A stretch of 64,000 nucleotides of DNA from Escherichia coli (GTDB taxonomy: Bacteria > Pseudomonadota > Gammaproteobacteria > Enterobacterales > Enterobacteriaceae). The notes beneath the pieces were generated by a model, which saw only the letters and a program-made list of their open reading frames with translations, searched no databases and was not told the origin of the DNA. Shown here piece after piece: positions 44,697 through 57,261 of this stretch. The DNA lies in assembly GCF_046105845.1 (NCBI RefSeq), contig NZ_CP151004.1; one strand, given 5' to 3'. The position numbers were made by a program, and so were the translations under genes. Position 1 is the stretch's first letter; each line of letters starts with the position of its first letter.

Positions 44697-47519
44697 ATGG
44701 ATAAGATCGAAGTTCGGGGCGCCCGCACCCATAATCTCAAAAACATCAACCTCGTTATCCCCCGCGACAAGCTCATTGTCGTGACCGGGCTTTCGGGTTC
44801 TGGCAAATCCTCGCTCGCTTTCGACACCTTATATGCCGAAGGGCAGCGCCGTTACGTTGAATCCCTTTCCGCCTACGCGCGGCAGTTTCTGTCACTGATG
44901 GAAAAGCCGGACGTCGACCATATTGAGGGGCTTTCTCCTGCCATCTCGATTGAGCAGAAATCGACGTCTCATAACCCGCGTTCTACGGTGGGGACAATCA
45001 CCGAAATCCACGACTATTTGCGTTTGTTGTTCGCCCGCGTTGGCGAGCCGCGCTGTCCGGACCACGACGTCCCGCTGGCGGCGCAAACCGTCAGCCAGAT
45101 GGTGGATAACGTGCTGTCGCAGCCGGAAGGCAAGCGCCTGATGCTGCTCGCGCCAATCATTAAAGAGCGCAAAGGCGAACACACCAAAACGCTGGAGAAC
45201 CTGGCAAGTCAGGGTTACATCCGTGCTCGTATTGATGGCGAAGTCTGCGATCTTTCCGATCCGCCGAAACTGGAACTGCAAAAGAAACATACCATTGAAG
45301 TGGTGGTTGATCGCTTCAAGGTGCGTGATGATCTTACCCAACGTCTTGCCGAGTCGTTTGAAACCGCGCTGGAGCTTTCCGGTGGTACCGCGGTAGTTGC
45401 GGATATGGACGACCCGAAAGCGGAAGAGCTGCTGTTCTCCGCCAACTTCGCCTGCCCAATTTGCGGCTACAGTATGCGCGAGCTGGAACCGCGCCTGTTT
45501 TCGTTTAACAACCCGGCGGGGGCCTGCCCAACCTGTGACGGCCTTGGCGTGCAGCAATATTTCGATCCTGACCGCGTGATCCAGAATCCGGAACTGTCGC
45601 TGGCTGGCGGTGCGATCCGAGGCTGGGATCGCCGCAACTTCTATTACTTCCAGATGCTGAAATCGCTGGCAGATCACTATAAGTTCGACGTCGAAGCGCC
45701 ATGGGGCAGCCTGAGCGCGAACGTGCATAAAGTGGTGTTGTACGGTTCTGGCAAAGAAAACATTGAATTCAAATACATGAACGATCGTGGCGATACCTCC
45801 ATTCGTCGTCATCCGTTCGAAGGCGTGCTGCACAATATGGAGCGCCGTTATAAAGAGACGGAATCCAGTGCGGTACGTGAAGAATTAGCCAAGTTTATCA
45901 GCAATCGCCCGTGCGCCAGCTGCGAAGGAACCCGTCTGCGTCGGGAAGCGCGCCATGTGTATGTCGAGAATACGCCGCTGCCTGCTATCTCCGACATGAG
46001 CATCGGTCATGCGATGGAATTCTTCAACAATCTCAAACTCGCAGGTCAGCGAGCGAAGATTGCGGAAAAAATTCTTAAAGAGATTGGCGATCGCCTGAAA
46101 TTCCTCGTTAACGTCGGCCTGAATTACCTGACACTTTCCCGCTCGGCAGAGACACTTTCTGGCGGTGAAGCCCAGCGTATCCGTCTGGCGAGCCAGATTG
46201 GTGCGGGCCTGGTTGGCGTTATGTACGTGCTGGACGAGCCGTCTATCGGCCTGCACCAGCGCGATAACGAGCGCCTGTTGGGTACGCTTATCCATCTGCG
46301 CGATCTCGGTAATACCGTGATTGTGGTGGAGCACGACGAAGACGCGATTCGCGCCGCTGACCATGTGATCGACATTGGTCCTGGTGCGGGTGTTCACGGC
46401 GGTGAAGTGGTTGCGGAAGGTCCACTGGAAGCGATTATGGCGGTGCCGGAGTCGTTGACCGGGCAGTACATGAGCGGTAAACGCAAGATTGAAGTGCCGA
46501 AGAAACGCGTTCCGGCGAATCCGGAAAAAGTGCTGAAGCTGACAGGCGCACGCGGTAATAACCTGAAAGACGTGACGCTGACGCTGCCAGTCGGTCTGTT
46601 TACCTGCATCACAGGGGTTTCAGGTTCCGGTAAATCGACACTGATTAACGACACACTGTTCCCGATTGCCCAACGCCAGTTGAATGGGGCGACCATCGCC
46701 GAACCGGCACCGTATCGCGATATTCAGGGGCTGGAGCATTTCGATAAAGTGATCGATATCGACCAAAGCCCAATTGGTCGTACTCCGCGTTCTAACCCAG
46801 CGACCTATACCGGCGTGTTTACGCCTGTGCGCGAACTGTTTGCGGGCGTACCGGAATCCCGTGCGCGCGGCTATACGCCGGGACGTTTCAGCTTTAACGT
46901 CCGTGGCGGGCGCTGCGAAGCCTGTCAGGGCGACGGCGTGATCAAAGTGGAGATGCACTTCCTGCCGGATATCTACGTGCCGTGCGACCAGTGCAAAGGT
47001 AAACGCTATAACCGCGAAACGCTGGAAATTAAGTACAAAGGCAAAACCATCCACGAAGTGCTGGATATGACCATCGAAGAGGCGCGTGAGTTCTTTGATG
47101 CGGTGCCAGCTCTGGCGCGTAAGCTGCAAACGTTGATGGACGTTGGCCTGACGTACATTCGCCTCGGGCAGTCCGCAACCACGCTTTCTGGTGGTGAAGC
47201 CCAGCGCGTGAAGCTGGCACGTGAGCTGTCAAAACGCGGCACCGGGCAGACACTGTATATTCTCGACGAGCCGACCACCGGTCTGCACTTCGCCGATATT
47301 CAGCAACTGCTCGACGTACTGCATAAACTGCGCGATCAGGGCAACACCATTGTGGTGATTGAACACAATCTCGACGTGATCAAAACCGCTGACTGGATTG
47401 TCGACCTGGGACCGGAAGGCGGCAGTGGCGGCGGCGAGATCCTCGTCTCCGGTACGCCAGAAACTGTCGCGGAGTGCGAAGCTTCGCATACGGCACGCTT
47501 CCTCAAGCCGATGCTGTAA
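44697..47519 (+). CDS. uvrA: Excinuclease ABC subunit UvrA
   Basis: ORF track 940 aa; two ABC modules with Walker A motifs and zinc-finger Cys clusters. Confidence 0.97.
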   Translation: MDKIEVRGARTHNLKNINLVIPRDKLIVVTGLSGSGKSSLAFDTLYAEGQRRYVESLSAYARQFLSLMEKPDVDHIEGLSPAISIEQKSTSHNPRSTVGTITEIHDYLRLLFARVGEPRCPDHDVPLAAQTVSQMVDNVLSQPEGKRLMLLAPIIKERKGEHTKTLENLASQGYIRARIDGEVCDLSDPPKLELQKKHTIEVVVDRFKVRDDLTQRLAESFETALELSGGTAVVADMDDPKAEELLFSANFACPICGYSMRELEPRLFSFNNPAGACPTCDGLGVQQYFDPDRVIQNPELSLAGGAIRGWDRRNFYYFQMLKSLADHYKFDVEAPWGSLSANVHKVVLYGSGKENIEFKYMNDRGDTSIRRHPFEGVLHNMERRYKETESSAVREELAKFISNRPCASCEGTRLRREARHVYVENTPLPAISDMSIGHAMEFFNNLKLAGQRAKIAEKILKEIGDRLKFLVNVGLNYLTLSRSAETLSGGEAQRIRLASQIGAGLVGVMYVLDEPSIGLHQRDNERLLGTLIHLRDLGNTVIVVEHDEDAIRAADHVIDIGPGAGVHGGEVVAEGPLEAIMAVPESLTGQYMSGKRKIEVPKKRVPANPEKVLKLTGARGNNLKDVTLTLPVGLFTCITGVSGSGKSTLINDTLFPIAQRQLNGATIAEPAPYRDIQGLEHFDKVIDIDQSPIGRTPRSNPATYTGVFTPVRELFAGVPESRARGYTPGRFSFNVRGGRCEACQGDGVIKVEMHFLPDIYVPCDQCKGKRYNRETLEIKYKGKTIHEVLDMTIEEAREFFDAVPALARKLQTLMDVGLTYIRLGQSATTLSGGEAQRVKLARELSKRGTGQTLYILDEPTTGLHFADIQQLLDVLHKLRDQGNTIVVIEHNLDVIKTADWIVDLGPEGGSGGGEILVSGTPETVAECEASHTARFLKPML

Positions 47520-47524
47520 TCGTT

Positions 47525-47552
47525 AAGGCCGCTTTCCGAGCGGCCTTCTTCT
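47525..47552. terminator. Hairpin terminator between convergent uvrA and yjbR, possibly bidirectional
   Basis: aaggccgc-tttccga-gcggcctt hairpin followed by a T-rich tract, 6 nt after uvrA stop. Confidence 0.7.
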
Positions 47553-47553
47553 T

Positions 47554-47910
47554 TCAGAGTTGCACCAGCAATTTTCGTTTTTCTTCCGGCAGCAAATTCA
47601 CCGCCTGCTGATAAGACGCATCCACCAGATAATAGATTTGCGAATCTGGCAGCGAACCGTCGAGATACACGGTGCTCCAGTGCGCTTTATTCAGATGGCG
47701 GCTTGGACGCACATCGCTGTGCTGCTGACGTAGCAGCTCCGCCAGCTCCGGGCTGGTTTTCAGCGAAACCGCCGGGCGATTTTCTACTTCTTTCACCATC
47801 GCAAACAGTACATCTTCCACTTTGATCTGCGTCGCTTTCCAGTCGTTATGCACGCTCTGTTCTGCACCTGGTTTTGCCATGCAATATTGTAGCAACTCCG
47901 AAATGGTCAT
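47554..47910 (-). CDS. yjbR: YjbR, uncharacterised protein
   Basis: ORF track 118 aa. Confidence 0.85.
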   Translation of the reverse strand: MTISELLQYCMAKPGAEQSVHNDWKATQIKVEDVLFAMVKEVENRPAVSLKTSPELAELLRQQHSDVRPSRHLNKAHWSTVYLDGSLPDSQIYYLVDASYQQAVNLLPEEKRKLLVQL

Positions 47911-47913
47911 TTT

Positions 47914-48330
47914 TTACTCCCCTTGTAGTGTCGCGATGATGCGACGCGATCCGCCGTGGATGCGATGTTCCCCCAGCCAGATGCCTTGCCAGGTGCCGGT
48001 CTGAATACGCCCTTTATGCACCGGCAATACAAGCGATGTTCCCAGTATTGAGGATTTGATATGAGAAGGCATATCGTCTGCTCCCTCATAGTCATGCTCA
48101 TAATTTCCGTTATCGGGAACGGTGCGGAGGAAAAAACGCTCCATGTCGTGGCGTACGGTGGGATCGCAGTTCTCATTAAGTGTCAGAGAGGCGGAGGTAT
48201 GTTGCAGCAACAGATGCAGTAAACCGATGTTAACGCGCGGCATATCAGCCAGCTGATTCAAAATTTCATCCGTTACCAGATGAAATCCACGAGATTTGGC
48301 GCTAAGCGTGAGCGTCTTTTGATACCACAT
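47914..48330 (-). CDS. yjbQ: YjbQ (UPF0047 family) protein
   Basis: ORF track 138 aa. Confidence 0.85.
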   Translation of the reverse strand: MWYQKTLTLSAKSRGFHLVTDEILNQLADMPRVNIGLLHLLLQHTSASLTLNENCDPTVRHDMERFFLRTVPDNGNYEHDYEGADDMPSHIKSSILGTSLVLPVHKGRIQTGTWQGIWLGEHRIHGGSRRIIATLQGE

Positions 48331-48440
48331 GTGCTGCTCCTTGATAAAACTCTCTTAATCAGTTTGCAGCAAGACAGCGAAAGGATAAAGGTGTGATTAA
48401 AAAAACAGCATTCGGGAGAGTGTCACGCTCTCCCGCTCTG

Positions 48441-49433
<993 letters not shown>

Positions 49434-49555
49434 TTAATAAACTTAATGATACAGCATTACAAAAACAATCGAAGTTTATAAAGATGATTTCTGATTGACC
49501 AGCCCCCTACCCTACAATGGTGACTAATTTTATTACTCCCGAAGGAGATGATGAT

Positions 49556-50041
49556 ATGAATATATCAAATGTGAATAGCAACAACACGACATCTTTACCT
49601 GTAGAGCTAGATACACTAAATAACAAAGGTATCTCTTATGCCAAAGATCTCTTTTTATATATAGAAACACAGTTAAAAATTGCAAAAGATTTTTGTAGAC
49701 CTGGAGAAGAAGTATCAAGTTCTATTGCAAGTACAGTTTTTCACGCATTTATTGATTTAGTTAACAAAATCATGGGTAAGAAAGATTGTATGTATATTTG
49801 CACGCTTTGCTGTTTTGCCGAGGAGGTTAAAGGTGATTATTCTCATTACAGGACCTTTTTATTTGATATTGGTAATCAATATAAGGTTAAACTTACACAA
49901 AGCGGAAAAAAAGAGTTCTCTTTAACTTTAGAATTTAACGATACTATAATTGAATCTCAGATAGTCACAGGCAATAAGGCAAAGCATATTCTTGAGGATA
50001 TAGAAAAATTCTATCGTAACAAACCCGATACTTATTATTAA
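49556..50041 (+). CDS. AT-rich hypothetical protein (161 aa) in the aphA-tyrB interval
   Basis: ORF track 49517..50041; ATG 49556 preferred because of an AGGAG RBS 8 nt upstream; low GC, Asn/Lys/Ile-rich, no recognisable motif. Confidence 0.5.
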   Translation: MNISNVNSNNTTSLPVELDTLNNKGISYAKDLFLYIETQLKIAKDFCRPGEEVSSSIASTVFHAFIDLVNKIMGKKDCMYICTLCCFAEEVKGDYSHYRTFLFDIGNQYKVKLTQSGKKEFSLTLEFNDTIIESQIVTGNKAKHILEDIEKFYRNKPDTYY

Positions 50042-50262
50042 ATTTAATAATGGTTAGATGTGCAAAAATTATTATTCCACACGGTAAAACAGGGAAAAGT
50101 ACTCCAGAACATTGGGATAAACTTAACAAGTTAGAACTAACAACGTTTTATTACCTCTCACGTAGAACGATGGCATCAAAAAAATCATCTATAAAGCAAG
50201 AGTGAAAGCGACGACAGTTTAATTTCACTGCAGGCTGGATAACTCCAGCCTGCTTTCCTGCA

Positions 50263-51456
50263 TTACATCACCGCAGCAAACGCCTTTGCCACACGTTGTA
50301 CATTTGCCGTATTTAACCCGGCGACACACATGCGACCGCTGGCGATGAGATAGACACCAAATTCTTCACGTAGTCGGTCAACCTGAGCGGCACTTAAACC
50401 GGTATAACTGAACATACCGCGCTGATTAAGCAGATAATCGAAATTGCGTTCTGGTATCTCTGTGCTCAATACCTTCACCAGTTCCTGACGCATCGCCAGA
50501 ATGCGAGTACGCATCTCTTCTACTTCCGCCAGCCAGCTGGCTTTCAATGCCTCGTCATTCAGCACCGCAGCCACCACCTGCGCACCAAAATTCGGCGGGC
50601 TGGAGTAGTTGCGGCGAACTGTTGCTTTCAATTGCCCCAGTACGCGGCCTGCGGCTTCGGCATCTTCACACAGAACAGAAAGTCCGCCGACGCGCTCGCC
50701 GTAAAGGGAGAAAATTTTCGAGAACGAATTGCTCACCAGAGCGGGTAATCCAGCGCTGGCAATGGCGCGAATGGCGTAGGCATCCTCTTCCATACCGGCA
50801 CCAAATCCTTGATAGGCAATATCAAGGAATGGGATAAGCTCGCGGGCTTTGAGAATTTCAATCACCGCATCCCACTGGTTATTAGTGAGATCGGCACCCG
50901 TTGGGTTGTGGCAACATGGATGCAGCAACACAATACTGCGGGCAGGTAATGTTTTCAGCGTCGCCAACAGGTCATTAAAGCGCACGCCGTTAGTCGCTTC
51001 GTCATACCAGGGGTAAGTACTTACTTCGAATCCAGCCCCGGCGAATATTGCTACGTGGTTTTCCCAGGTAGGATCGCTGACCCAGACGCCTGATTCCGGG
51101 AAGTAGCGTTTCAGGAAATCCGCGCCCACTTTCAATGCCCCTGAGCCGCCAAGGGTTTGAATGGTTGCTACGCGCTGTTGTTGCAGTACCGGATGGTCCG
51201 CACCAAACAGCAGCGGCGCAATGGCATGGCGATAGCTATTAAGCCCTTCCATCGGTAAATAAAGCGAAGCGCCATGAGGCTGCGCATTCAGGCGCGCTTC
51301 CGCCTCCGCCACGGCTTTCAGTTGTGGAATAATTCCGTCTTCGTTGTAGTACAGACCGATACTTAAATTCACTTTGTCGCTGCGAGGGTCTTCTTTGAAA
51401 CGCTCCATAAGCGTAAGAATCGGGTCGCCAGCGTAGGCGTCAACTTTTTGAAACAC
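50263..51456 (-). CDS. tyrB: Aromatic-amino-acid aminotransferase TyrB
   Basis: ORF track 50263..51498; GTG at 51456 ([14 protein letters not shown]...) gives 397 aa; SFSKIF PLP-lysine motif. Confidence 0.9.
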   Translation of the reverse strand: MFQKVDAYAGDPILTLMERFKEDPRSDKVNLSIGLYYNEDGIIPQLKAVAEAEARLNAQPHGASLYLPMEGLNSYRHAIAPLLFGADHPVLQQQRVATIQTLGGSGALKVGADFLKRYFPESGVWVSDPTWENHVAIFAGAGFEVSTYPWYDEATNGVRFNDLLATLKTLPARSIVLLHPCCHNPTGADLTNNQWDAVIEILKARELIPFLDIAYQGFGAGMEEDAYAIRAIASAGLPALVSNSFSKIFSLYGERVGGLSVLCEDAEAAGRVLGQLKATVRRNYSSPPNFGAQVVAAVLNDEALKASWLAEVEEMRTRILAMRQELVKVLSTEIPERNFDYLLNQRGMFSYTGLSAAQVDRLREEFGVYLIASGRMCVAGLNTANVQRVAKAFAAVM

Positions 51457-51650
51457 GCGATGGTTCTCCAGGTTTACGGGCAGGTGGTTAAACCACAATA
51501 AACCGGAAGAAGGCGAAGATCGAGTGGATGTTCAGGGGCGAACGGCAATTAGCAACAGAGTGAGACTCATGACAAACGTACATCCGCCAGAGGCACGGCC
51601 TTCACAAGAGCATGAAAGAATATCAACTTATTGAATTGGTAGGATTTTAT

Positions 51651-51686
51651 TGGCCGGATAAGGCATTCACGCCGCATCCGGCACAA
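51651..51686. repeat. REP element downstream of alr
   Basis: gccggataaggcattcacgccgcatccggc palindromic unit. Confidence 0.7.
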
Positions 51687-51708
51687 ACAATCAAATATTA
51701 CAGAACGA

Positions 51709-52788
51709 TTAATCCACGTATTTCATCGCGACCCTTGAAGTCAGGCGCGTAATAAGTTCGTAAGCGCTCACTTTTGTCATTTCAGCGATACGTTCTACGG
51801 GCAAACCTTCGCCCCATAAAATGACCGGGTCCCCGGCTTTGTCCTGCGCCTGTGGACCTAAATCTACGCAGATCATATCCATCGCCACGCGCCCGACAAT
51901 CGGCACTTCACGACCGTTCACCAGCACTGGCGTACCGGACGGCGCGGCGCGCGGATAACCATCGCCATAGCCCATCGCGACTACGCCAAGGCGAGTATCA
52001 CGTTCGCTTACCCAGGTTCCACCATAACCGACAGGCTCTCCGGCTTTATGCTCACGCACGGCAATCAGGCTGGAGGTTAGTGACATCACTGGCTGACAGC
52101 CAAAATCGGCACCGGTGGAGCGATCTTCCAGCGGCGAGACGCCATAAAGAATGATGCCCGGGCGCACCCAGTCAAAATGCGACTGTGGCCACAGCAGAAT
52201 GCCACCCGACGCGGCAATGGAACGTTGACCTGGTTTGCCTTCACAAAAGGTATTAAAGATAGCGAGTTGTTTCTCGGTTGCGCCACATTTTGGTTCATCC
52301 GCGCGCGCAAAATGGCTGACGATATTCACCGGCTGACGAACGTTTTTGCACTGGGTCAGGCGATGATAAAACGTCTCAGCCTGTTCCGGCCTTACGCCCA
52401 GACGGTGCATACCGGTATCGAGTTTCATCCAGACGGTAACCGGCTCGTCCAGGCTGGCCTCTTCCAGCGCAGCAAGCTGTTCTTCGTTATGCACGGCGGT
52501 ATGAAAATGTTGCGCAGAAATCGTCGGTAGATCTCTGGCATCAAAAAAGCCTTCGAGTAACAGTACAGGTTTGGTGATTCCCCCCGCACGCAGTCGCAGA
52601 GCTTCTTCGAGACGGGCTACGCCAAAGGCGTCAGCATCGGGGAGCGTTCGCGCGGTCTCAAGAAGACCGTGACCATAAGCGTTCGCTTTCACCACCGCAA
52701 CCATTTTACTGGCAGGTGCCAGTTCACGAAGACGTTGCAGGTTGTGTCGCAGAGCGCGGCGGTTAATCACAACAGTTGCCGCTTGCAT
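51709..52788 (-). CDS. alr: Alanine racemase (biosynthetic)
   Basis: ORF track 359 aa; PLP-lysine motif [10 protein letters not shown]. Confidence 0.95.
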   Translation of the reverse strand: MQAATVVINRRALRHNLQRLRELAPASKMVAVVKANAYGHGLLETARTLPDADAFGVARLEEALRLRAGGITKPVLLLEGFFDARDLPTISAQHFHTAVHNEEQLAALEEASLDEPVTVWMKLDTGMHRLGVRPEQAETFYHRLTQCKNVRQPVNIVSHFARADEPKCGATEKQLAIFNTFCEGKPGQRSIAASGGILLWPQSHFDWVRPGIILYGVSPLEDRSTGADFGCQPVMSLTSSLIAVREHKAGEPVGYGGTWVSERDTRLGVVAMGYGDGYPRAAPSGTPVLVNGREVPIVGRVAMDMICVDLGPQAQDKAGDPVILWGEGLPVERIAEMTKVSAYELITRLTSRVAMKYVD

Positions 52789-52840
52789 TTGTGTTCCTTG
52801 ATAAGTGTTTGCTTTAATTACCTAATTCATAAAATAATTA

Positions 52841-54256
52841 TTATTCGTCGTCGTACTGCGGCCCCGCATAGTTGTCGAAGCGCGACCATTGACCGTTAAA
52901 GGTCAGGCGTACCGTCCCGATTGGGCCGTTACGTTGTTTACCGATAATAATTTCCGCGATGCCTTTTAAATCACTGTTTTCGTGATACACCTCATCACGA
53001 TAGATAAACATGATCAAGTCCGCATCCTGCTCGATAGAGCCAGATTCACGCAGGTCGGAGTTGACCGGGCGTTTGTCGGCACGTTGTTCCAGAGAACGGT
53101 TCAACTGGGACAGCGCCACCACCGGCACGTTCAGTTCTTTCGCCAGTGCTTTCAGCGAGCGGGAGATTTCTGCAATTTCCAGCGTACGGTTATCGGAAAG
53201 CGCCGGTACGCGCATCAGTTGCAGGTAGTCGATCATGATAAGCCCGATGCCGCCGTGTTCACGGGCAATACGGCGCGCGCGGGAACGCACTTCCGTTGGC
53301 GTCAGGCCGGAGGAATCATCGATATAGATATTACGTTTTTCGAGCAAAATACCCATGGTGCCGGAAATACGCGCCCAGTCTTCATCATCGAGCTGCCCGG
53401 TACGGATTTTAGTCTGGTCAACACGTGACAGCGACGCCAGAGAACGCATCATAATCTGTTCTGATGGCATCTCCAGCGAGAAGATAAGTACCGGTTTATC
53501 CTGCAACATCGCCGCGTTTTCGACGAGGTTCATCGCAAATGTTGTTTTACCCATCGACGGACGCGCGGCGACGATAATCAAATCCGACGGCTGCAAGCCA
53601 GCGGTTTTTTTGTTGAGATCGTCATAACCGGTGTTTACCCCGGTAACGCCATCGTGTGGCTGCTGAAACAACTGCTCAATACGCGCCACCGTGGCGTCGA
53701 GCACATCAGCGATGTTCTTCGGCCCTTCGTCTTTGTTTGCACGACTTTCGGCAATTTTAAAGACGCGGGATTCAGCCAGGTCCAGCAGATCTTCGCTGGT
53801 GCGCCCCTGCGGATCAAAACCGGCTTCGGCAATCTCATTCGCAACCGAAATCATCTCGCGAACAACGGCACGTTCACGCACGATGTCAGCATAGGCACTG
53901 ATGTTCGCCGCACTTGGCGTATTTTTTGACAGTTCTGCCAGATAAGCGAAACCACCGACGCTATCGAGTTGCCCCTGGCGTTCCAGCGATTCCGCAAGGG
54001 TAATCAGATCGATAGGACTACCGCTTTCCTGCAAACGCGCCATTTCAGTAAAGATATGACGGTGTGGGCGGGTGTAAAAATCGTCTGCCACCACACGCTC
54101 GGCTACATCATCCCAGCGTTCGTTATCCAGCATTAAACCGCCCAACACCGACTGCTCCGCTTCGATCGAGTGCGGAGGCACTTTCAGCCCGGCAACTTGT
54201 GGATCGCGTTCGCGGGGTTCAGCCTGCTGTTTGTTGAAGGGTTTATTTCCTGCCAT
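52841..54256 (-). CDS. dnaB: Replicative DNA helicase DnaB
   Basis: ORF track 471 aa; Walker A AARPSMGKT. Confidence 0.97.
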   Translation of the reverse strand: MAGNKPFNKQQAEPRERDPQVAGLKVPPHSIEAEQSVLGGLMLDNERWDDVAERVVADDFYTRPHRHIFTEMARLQESGSPIDLITLAESLERQGQLDSVGGFAYLAELSKNTPSAANISAYADIVRERAVVREMISVANEIAEAGFDPQGRTSEDLLDLAESRVFKIAESRANKDEGPKNIADVLDATVARIEQLFQQPHDGVTGVNTGYDDLNKKTAGLQPSDLIIVAARPSMGKTTFAMNLVENAAMLQDKPVLIFSLEMPSEQIMMRSLASLSRVDQTKIRTGQLDDEDWARISGTMGILLEKRNIYIDDSSGLTPTEVRSRARRIAREHGGIGLIMIDYLQLMRVPALSDNRTLEIAEISRSLKALAKELNVPVVALSQLNRSLEQRADKRPVNSDLRESGSIEQDADLIMFIYRDEVYHENSDLKGIAEIIIGKQRNGPIGTVRLTFNGQWSRFDNYAGPQYDDE

Positions 54257-54338
54257 AGTGAATGGAGTTACCGAGATAAAGAATGGGTCGAAACTTTACC
54301 ATATGAAGCAGACCCTGACGATACGTTCTGGAGGACAC

Positions 54339-55322
54339 ATGGCAACACGAATTGAATTTCACAAGCACGGTGGCCCGGAAGTACTTCAAGCCGTAGAGTT
54401 CACTCCTGCCGATCCGGCGGAGAATGAAATCCAGGTCGAAAATAAAGCCATCGGCATCAATTTTATCGACACGTATATCCGCAGCGGCCTTTACCCACCG
54501 CCATCGCTACCCAGCGGATTAGGTACCGAAGCGGCAGGCATCGTGAGTAAAGTCGGCAGTGGTGTAAAGCATATTAAGGCAGGCGATCGCGTAGTCTATG
54601 CGCAGTCGGCGTTAGGCGCTTACAGCTCTGTGCATAACGTTAATGCGGATAAAGCGGCGATTCTGCCTGCGGCAATTTCTTTTGAGCAAGCTGCAGCATC
54701 CTTCCTGAAAGGCTTAACGGTTTATTATCTGCTGCGTAAAACCTATGAAATTAAACCTGATGAGCAGTTCCTGTTCCACGCAGCGGCTGGCGGCGTTGGC
54801 TTAATTGCCTGCCAGTGGGCAAAAGCCCTTGGGGCGAAACTTATCGGCACCGTGGGAACCGCGCAAAAAGCGCAGAGTGCGCTAAAAGCGGGCGCATGGC
54901 AGGTTATTAACTATCGCGAAGAGAATCTGGTCGAGCGGTTAAAAGAGATCACCGGTGGCAAGAAAGTGAGCGTGGTGTACGATTCCGTGGGCAGAGACAC
55001 CTGGGAGCGGTCGCTGGATTGCCTGCAACGCCGCGGCTTAATGGTCAGTTTTGGCAACTCATCAGGTGCGGTTACCGGTGTGAACTTAGGCATTCTCAAT
55101 CAGAAAGGCTCGTTGTATGTGACACGCCCTTCCCTGCAAGGCTATATCACCACGCGGGAGGAATTAACCGAGGCCAGTAATGAACTGTTCTCTTTGATTG
55201 CCAGCGGTGTGATTAAGGTCGATGTCGCCGAGCAGCAGAAATATCCGCTTAAGGATGCACAGCGTGCACATGAGATTCTGGAAAGCCGGGCGACGCAAGG
55301 TTCCAGCCTGTTGATTCCATAA
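54339..55322 (+). CDS. qorA: NADPH:quinone oxidoreductase QorA
   Basis: ORF track 54231..55322; ATG 54339 (MATRIEFHKHGGPEVL...) gives 327 aa; AAGGVG nucleotide-binding motif. Confidence 0.9.
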   Translation: MATRIEFHKHGGPEVLQAVEFTPADPAENEIQVENKAIGINFIDTYIRSGLYPPPSLPSGLGTEAAGIVSKVGSGVKHIKAGDRVVYAQSALGAYSSVHNVNADKAAILPAAISFEQAAASFLKGLTVYYLLRKTYEIKPDEQFLFHAAAGGVGLIACQWAKALGAKLIGTVGTAQKAQSALKAGAWQVINYREENLVERLKEITGGKKVSVVYDSVGRDTWERSLDCLQRRGLMVSFGNSSGAVTGVNLGILNQKGSLYVTRPSLQGYITTREELTEASNELFSLIASGVIKVDVAEQQKYPLKDAQRAHEILESRATQGSSLLIP

Positions 55323-55329
55323 AAGAAAT

Positions 55330-55361
55330 AGGGCTTCCACCTGGGAAGCCCTTTCTTTTTA
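55330..55361 (+). terminator. Rho-independent terminator after qorA
   Basis: agggcttcc-acct-gggaagccct hairpin followed by TTCTTTTT. Confidence 0.85.
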
Positions 55362-55487
55362 TAGTTCGGCTGTATGTAGGGTACAGCACGATGAATCTGT
55401 TAGAGGCGCAATAGTGACAGATTTGATTATCAATTCCTATTTTGTTCTAAGGATAAAACCTTAGGTTGTGATCATCCGCACAATACA

Positions 55488-55730
55488 TTAGTAACGCCAG
55501 CGGTCATAACGCTGATATTTCGGCACTTTTGGTGCTTTAATCGCCTTAATAACCCACACCACCGCAACTGCCAGTAGTAACCACGGCAGCAACTTAATCA
55601 TCAATGCCAGCATACCGCCGAGGAACATAATGGCCGTCGCCACAACCAGCGCGGCGATAATGCCCAGCAACGAAACGCCGGTGACCATCAGCATGACAAA
55701 AAAGCCAATCACAAAAAGTAGTTCCAGCAT
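55488..55730 (-). CDS. pspG: Phage shock protein G
   Basis: ORF track 55488..55940; ATG 55730 (MLELLFVIGFF...) gives 80 aa; GGGAGAG RBS. Confidence 0.85.
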   Translation of the reverse strand: MLELLFVIGFFVMLMVTGVSLLGIIAALVVATAIMFLGGMLALMIKLLPWLLLAVAVVWVIKAIKAPKVPKYQRYDRWRY

Positions 55731-55760
55731 GATGCTCTCCCAAATATGAAATCTCTTGCT

Positions 55761-55781
55761 GGCATTACAAGAATCATGCCA
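55761..55781 (-). promoter_or_regulatory. Putative sigma-54 promoter of pspG
   Basis: Minus-strand TGGCATGATTCTTGTA resembles TGGCAC-N5-TTGCA with one -12 mismatch, about 30 nt upstream of pspG ATG. Confidence 0.45.
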
Positions 55782-55863
55782 AAAATAATCTATTGATTTA
55801 ACAGCAAAACGCCCCGCGACGGTGCGCAGGGCGTGGTGAATTTGACTACTTTTTGGTGAAAAG

Positions 55864-56856
55864 TTAACGCTTATCTGCCACCAGTTTGAGCGCGTGTTCC
55901 AGCACGTTAATGTCAGCACCCGCTTTATGGGCATTTTCACTTAAATAACGCCGCCACTGCCGCGCGCCAGGAATACCCTGGAACAAGCCCAACATATGCC
56001 GGGTAATATGGCCGAGATACGTCCCCTGGCTGAGTTCACGCTCAATGTACGGATACATGGCGCGCACTACCGCCACCGGATCGGCATCGGTATCCGAGGA
56101 ACCAAAGATCTCTCGGTCTACCGCCGCCAGAATACCCGGATTCTGATACGCTTCGCGCCCGACCATCACGCCATCCATATGTTGCAAATGCGCTTTAGCC
56201 TCTTCCAGCGACTTGATACCACCGTTAATCGACATTGTCAGATGCGGAAAGTCACGCTTCAGTTGATACACACGCGGATAATCGAGCGGCGGGATTTCAC
56301 GGTTTTCTTTCGGGCTTAACCCCGAAAGCCAGGCTTTACGTGCGTGGATGATGAACATCTCACACTCGCCTTTGCCGGAAACGGTGTTGATGAAATCGCA
56401 GAGAAATTCATAGCTGTCCTGGTCGTCGATGCCAATACGCGTTTTCACCGTCACCGGAATCGACACCACATCGCGCATCGCTTTCACGCAGTCGGCAACC
56501 AGCTGCGCATTACCCATCAGACACGCCCCAAACATGCCGTTCTGCACCCGGTCAGACGGGCAGCCGACATTCAGGTTGATCTCATCATATCCGCGCGCTT
56601 CTGCCAGCTTCGCACACTGCGCCAGCGCCGCCGGATCGCTACCGCCGAGTTGCAACGCTACCGGATGTTCTTCTTCACTGTACGCCAGATAATCACCTTT
56701 ACCGTGAATAATCGCCCCTGTGGTCACCATTTCGGTATACAGCAACGTATTGCGGGAAAGCAGACGCAAGAAATAGCGGCAATGTCTGTCCGTCCAGTCG
56801 AGCATTGGTGCAACGCTAAACCGACCACTCCAGTGAACGTCAGTTTTTTCAGGCAT
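55864..56856 (-). CDS. dusA: tRNA-dihydrouridine(20/20a) synthase DusA
   Basis: ORF track 55864..56907 begins with TTG; ATG 56856 (MPEKTDVHW...) gives 330 aa; ATG 56901 is an alternative start. Confidence 0.85.
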   Translation of the reverse strand: MPEKTDVHWSGRFSVAPMLDWTDRHCRYFLRLLSRNTLLYTEMVTTGAIIHGKGDYLAYSEEEHPVALQLGGSDPAALAQCAKLAEARGYDEINLNVGCPSDRVQNGMFGACLMGNAQLVADCVKAMRDVVSIPVTVKTRIGIDDQDSYEFLCDFINTVSGKGECEMFIIHARKAWLSGLSPKENREIPPLDYPRVYQLKRDFPHLTMSINGGIKSLEEAKAHLQHMDGVMVGREAYQNPGILAAVDREIFGSSDTDADPVAVVRAMYPYIERELSQGTYLGHITRHMLGLFQGIPGARQWRRYLSENAHKAGADINVLEHALKLVADKR

Positions 56857-57189
56857 TGCGCTGGTTTGGTTGATTTTTTGCATTTCAGAATTACCGTGCA
56901 TTTTCAAATGTAGAGATTATTTTATCGATATATCATGGGGTTATGTTATTCAGCATCACAGTTCAGGAGGCTCAATAGCGGGGTACTATACCATAACAAC
57001 AGGAAGCGCCTGTCTCATTGCAAAAGAAAATTGAGATCCTCTCAAGGCATGAAGCTCTCACGAAGTGAAGATATAATCTTATTAGATGTTAGCGTTGTGA
57101 AAAGCAATGATAAACAATTCAGCTTCGACGATAAATAAAAAATCACACATAAACCATGCTGATATATCTCGCGGCGAATAGTATTGATA

Positions 57190-57224
57190 GATAAAAAAGA
57201 ACCCAATCATTGTTGAGTTCTTTT
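57190..57224 (-). terminator. Rho-independent terminator after the 318-aa yjbL/yjbM-like ORF
   Basis: Minus-strand hairpin aagaactcaacaatgattgggttctt followed by TTTTTTAT, about 40 nt after the stop. Confidence 0.6.
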
Positions 57225-57261
57225 ATATAATGCCTTCCATACCATCGAAGAACTTCACATA

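Noticed and set aside
44892-47489. Several minus-strand ORFs (up to 313 aa) inside uvrA
   Set aside because: Antisense to uvrA, whose 940-aa frame with two ABC modules is unambiguous.
48399-48434. Hairpin gggagagtgtcacgctctccc downstream of aphA as a terminator
   Set aside because: The U-tract on the aphA strand is separated from the stem by about 8 nt, so the call is too weak to annotate.
51457-51500. Palindrome GGTTTAC...GTTAAACC upstream of tyrB as a TyrR box
   Set aside because: It does not match the TGTAAA-N6-TTTACA consensus well enough to call without a matrix scan.
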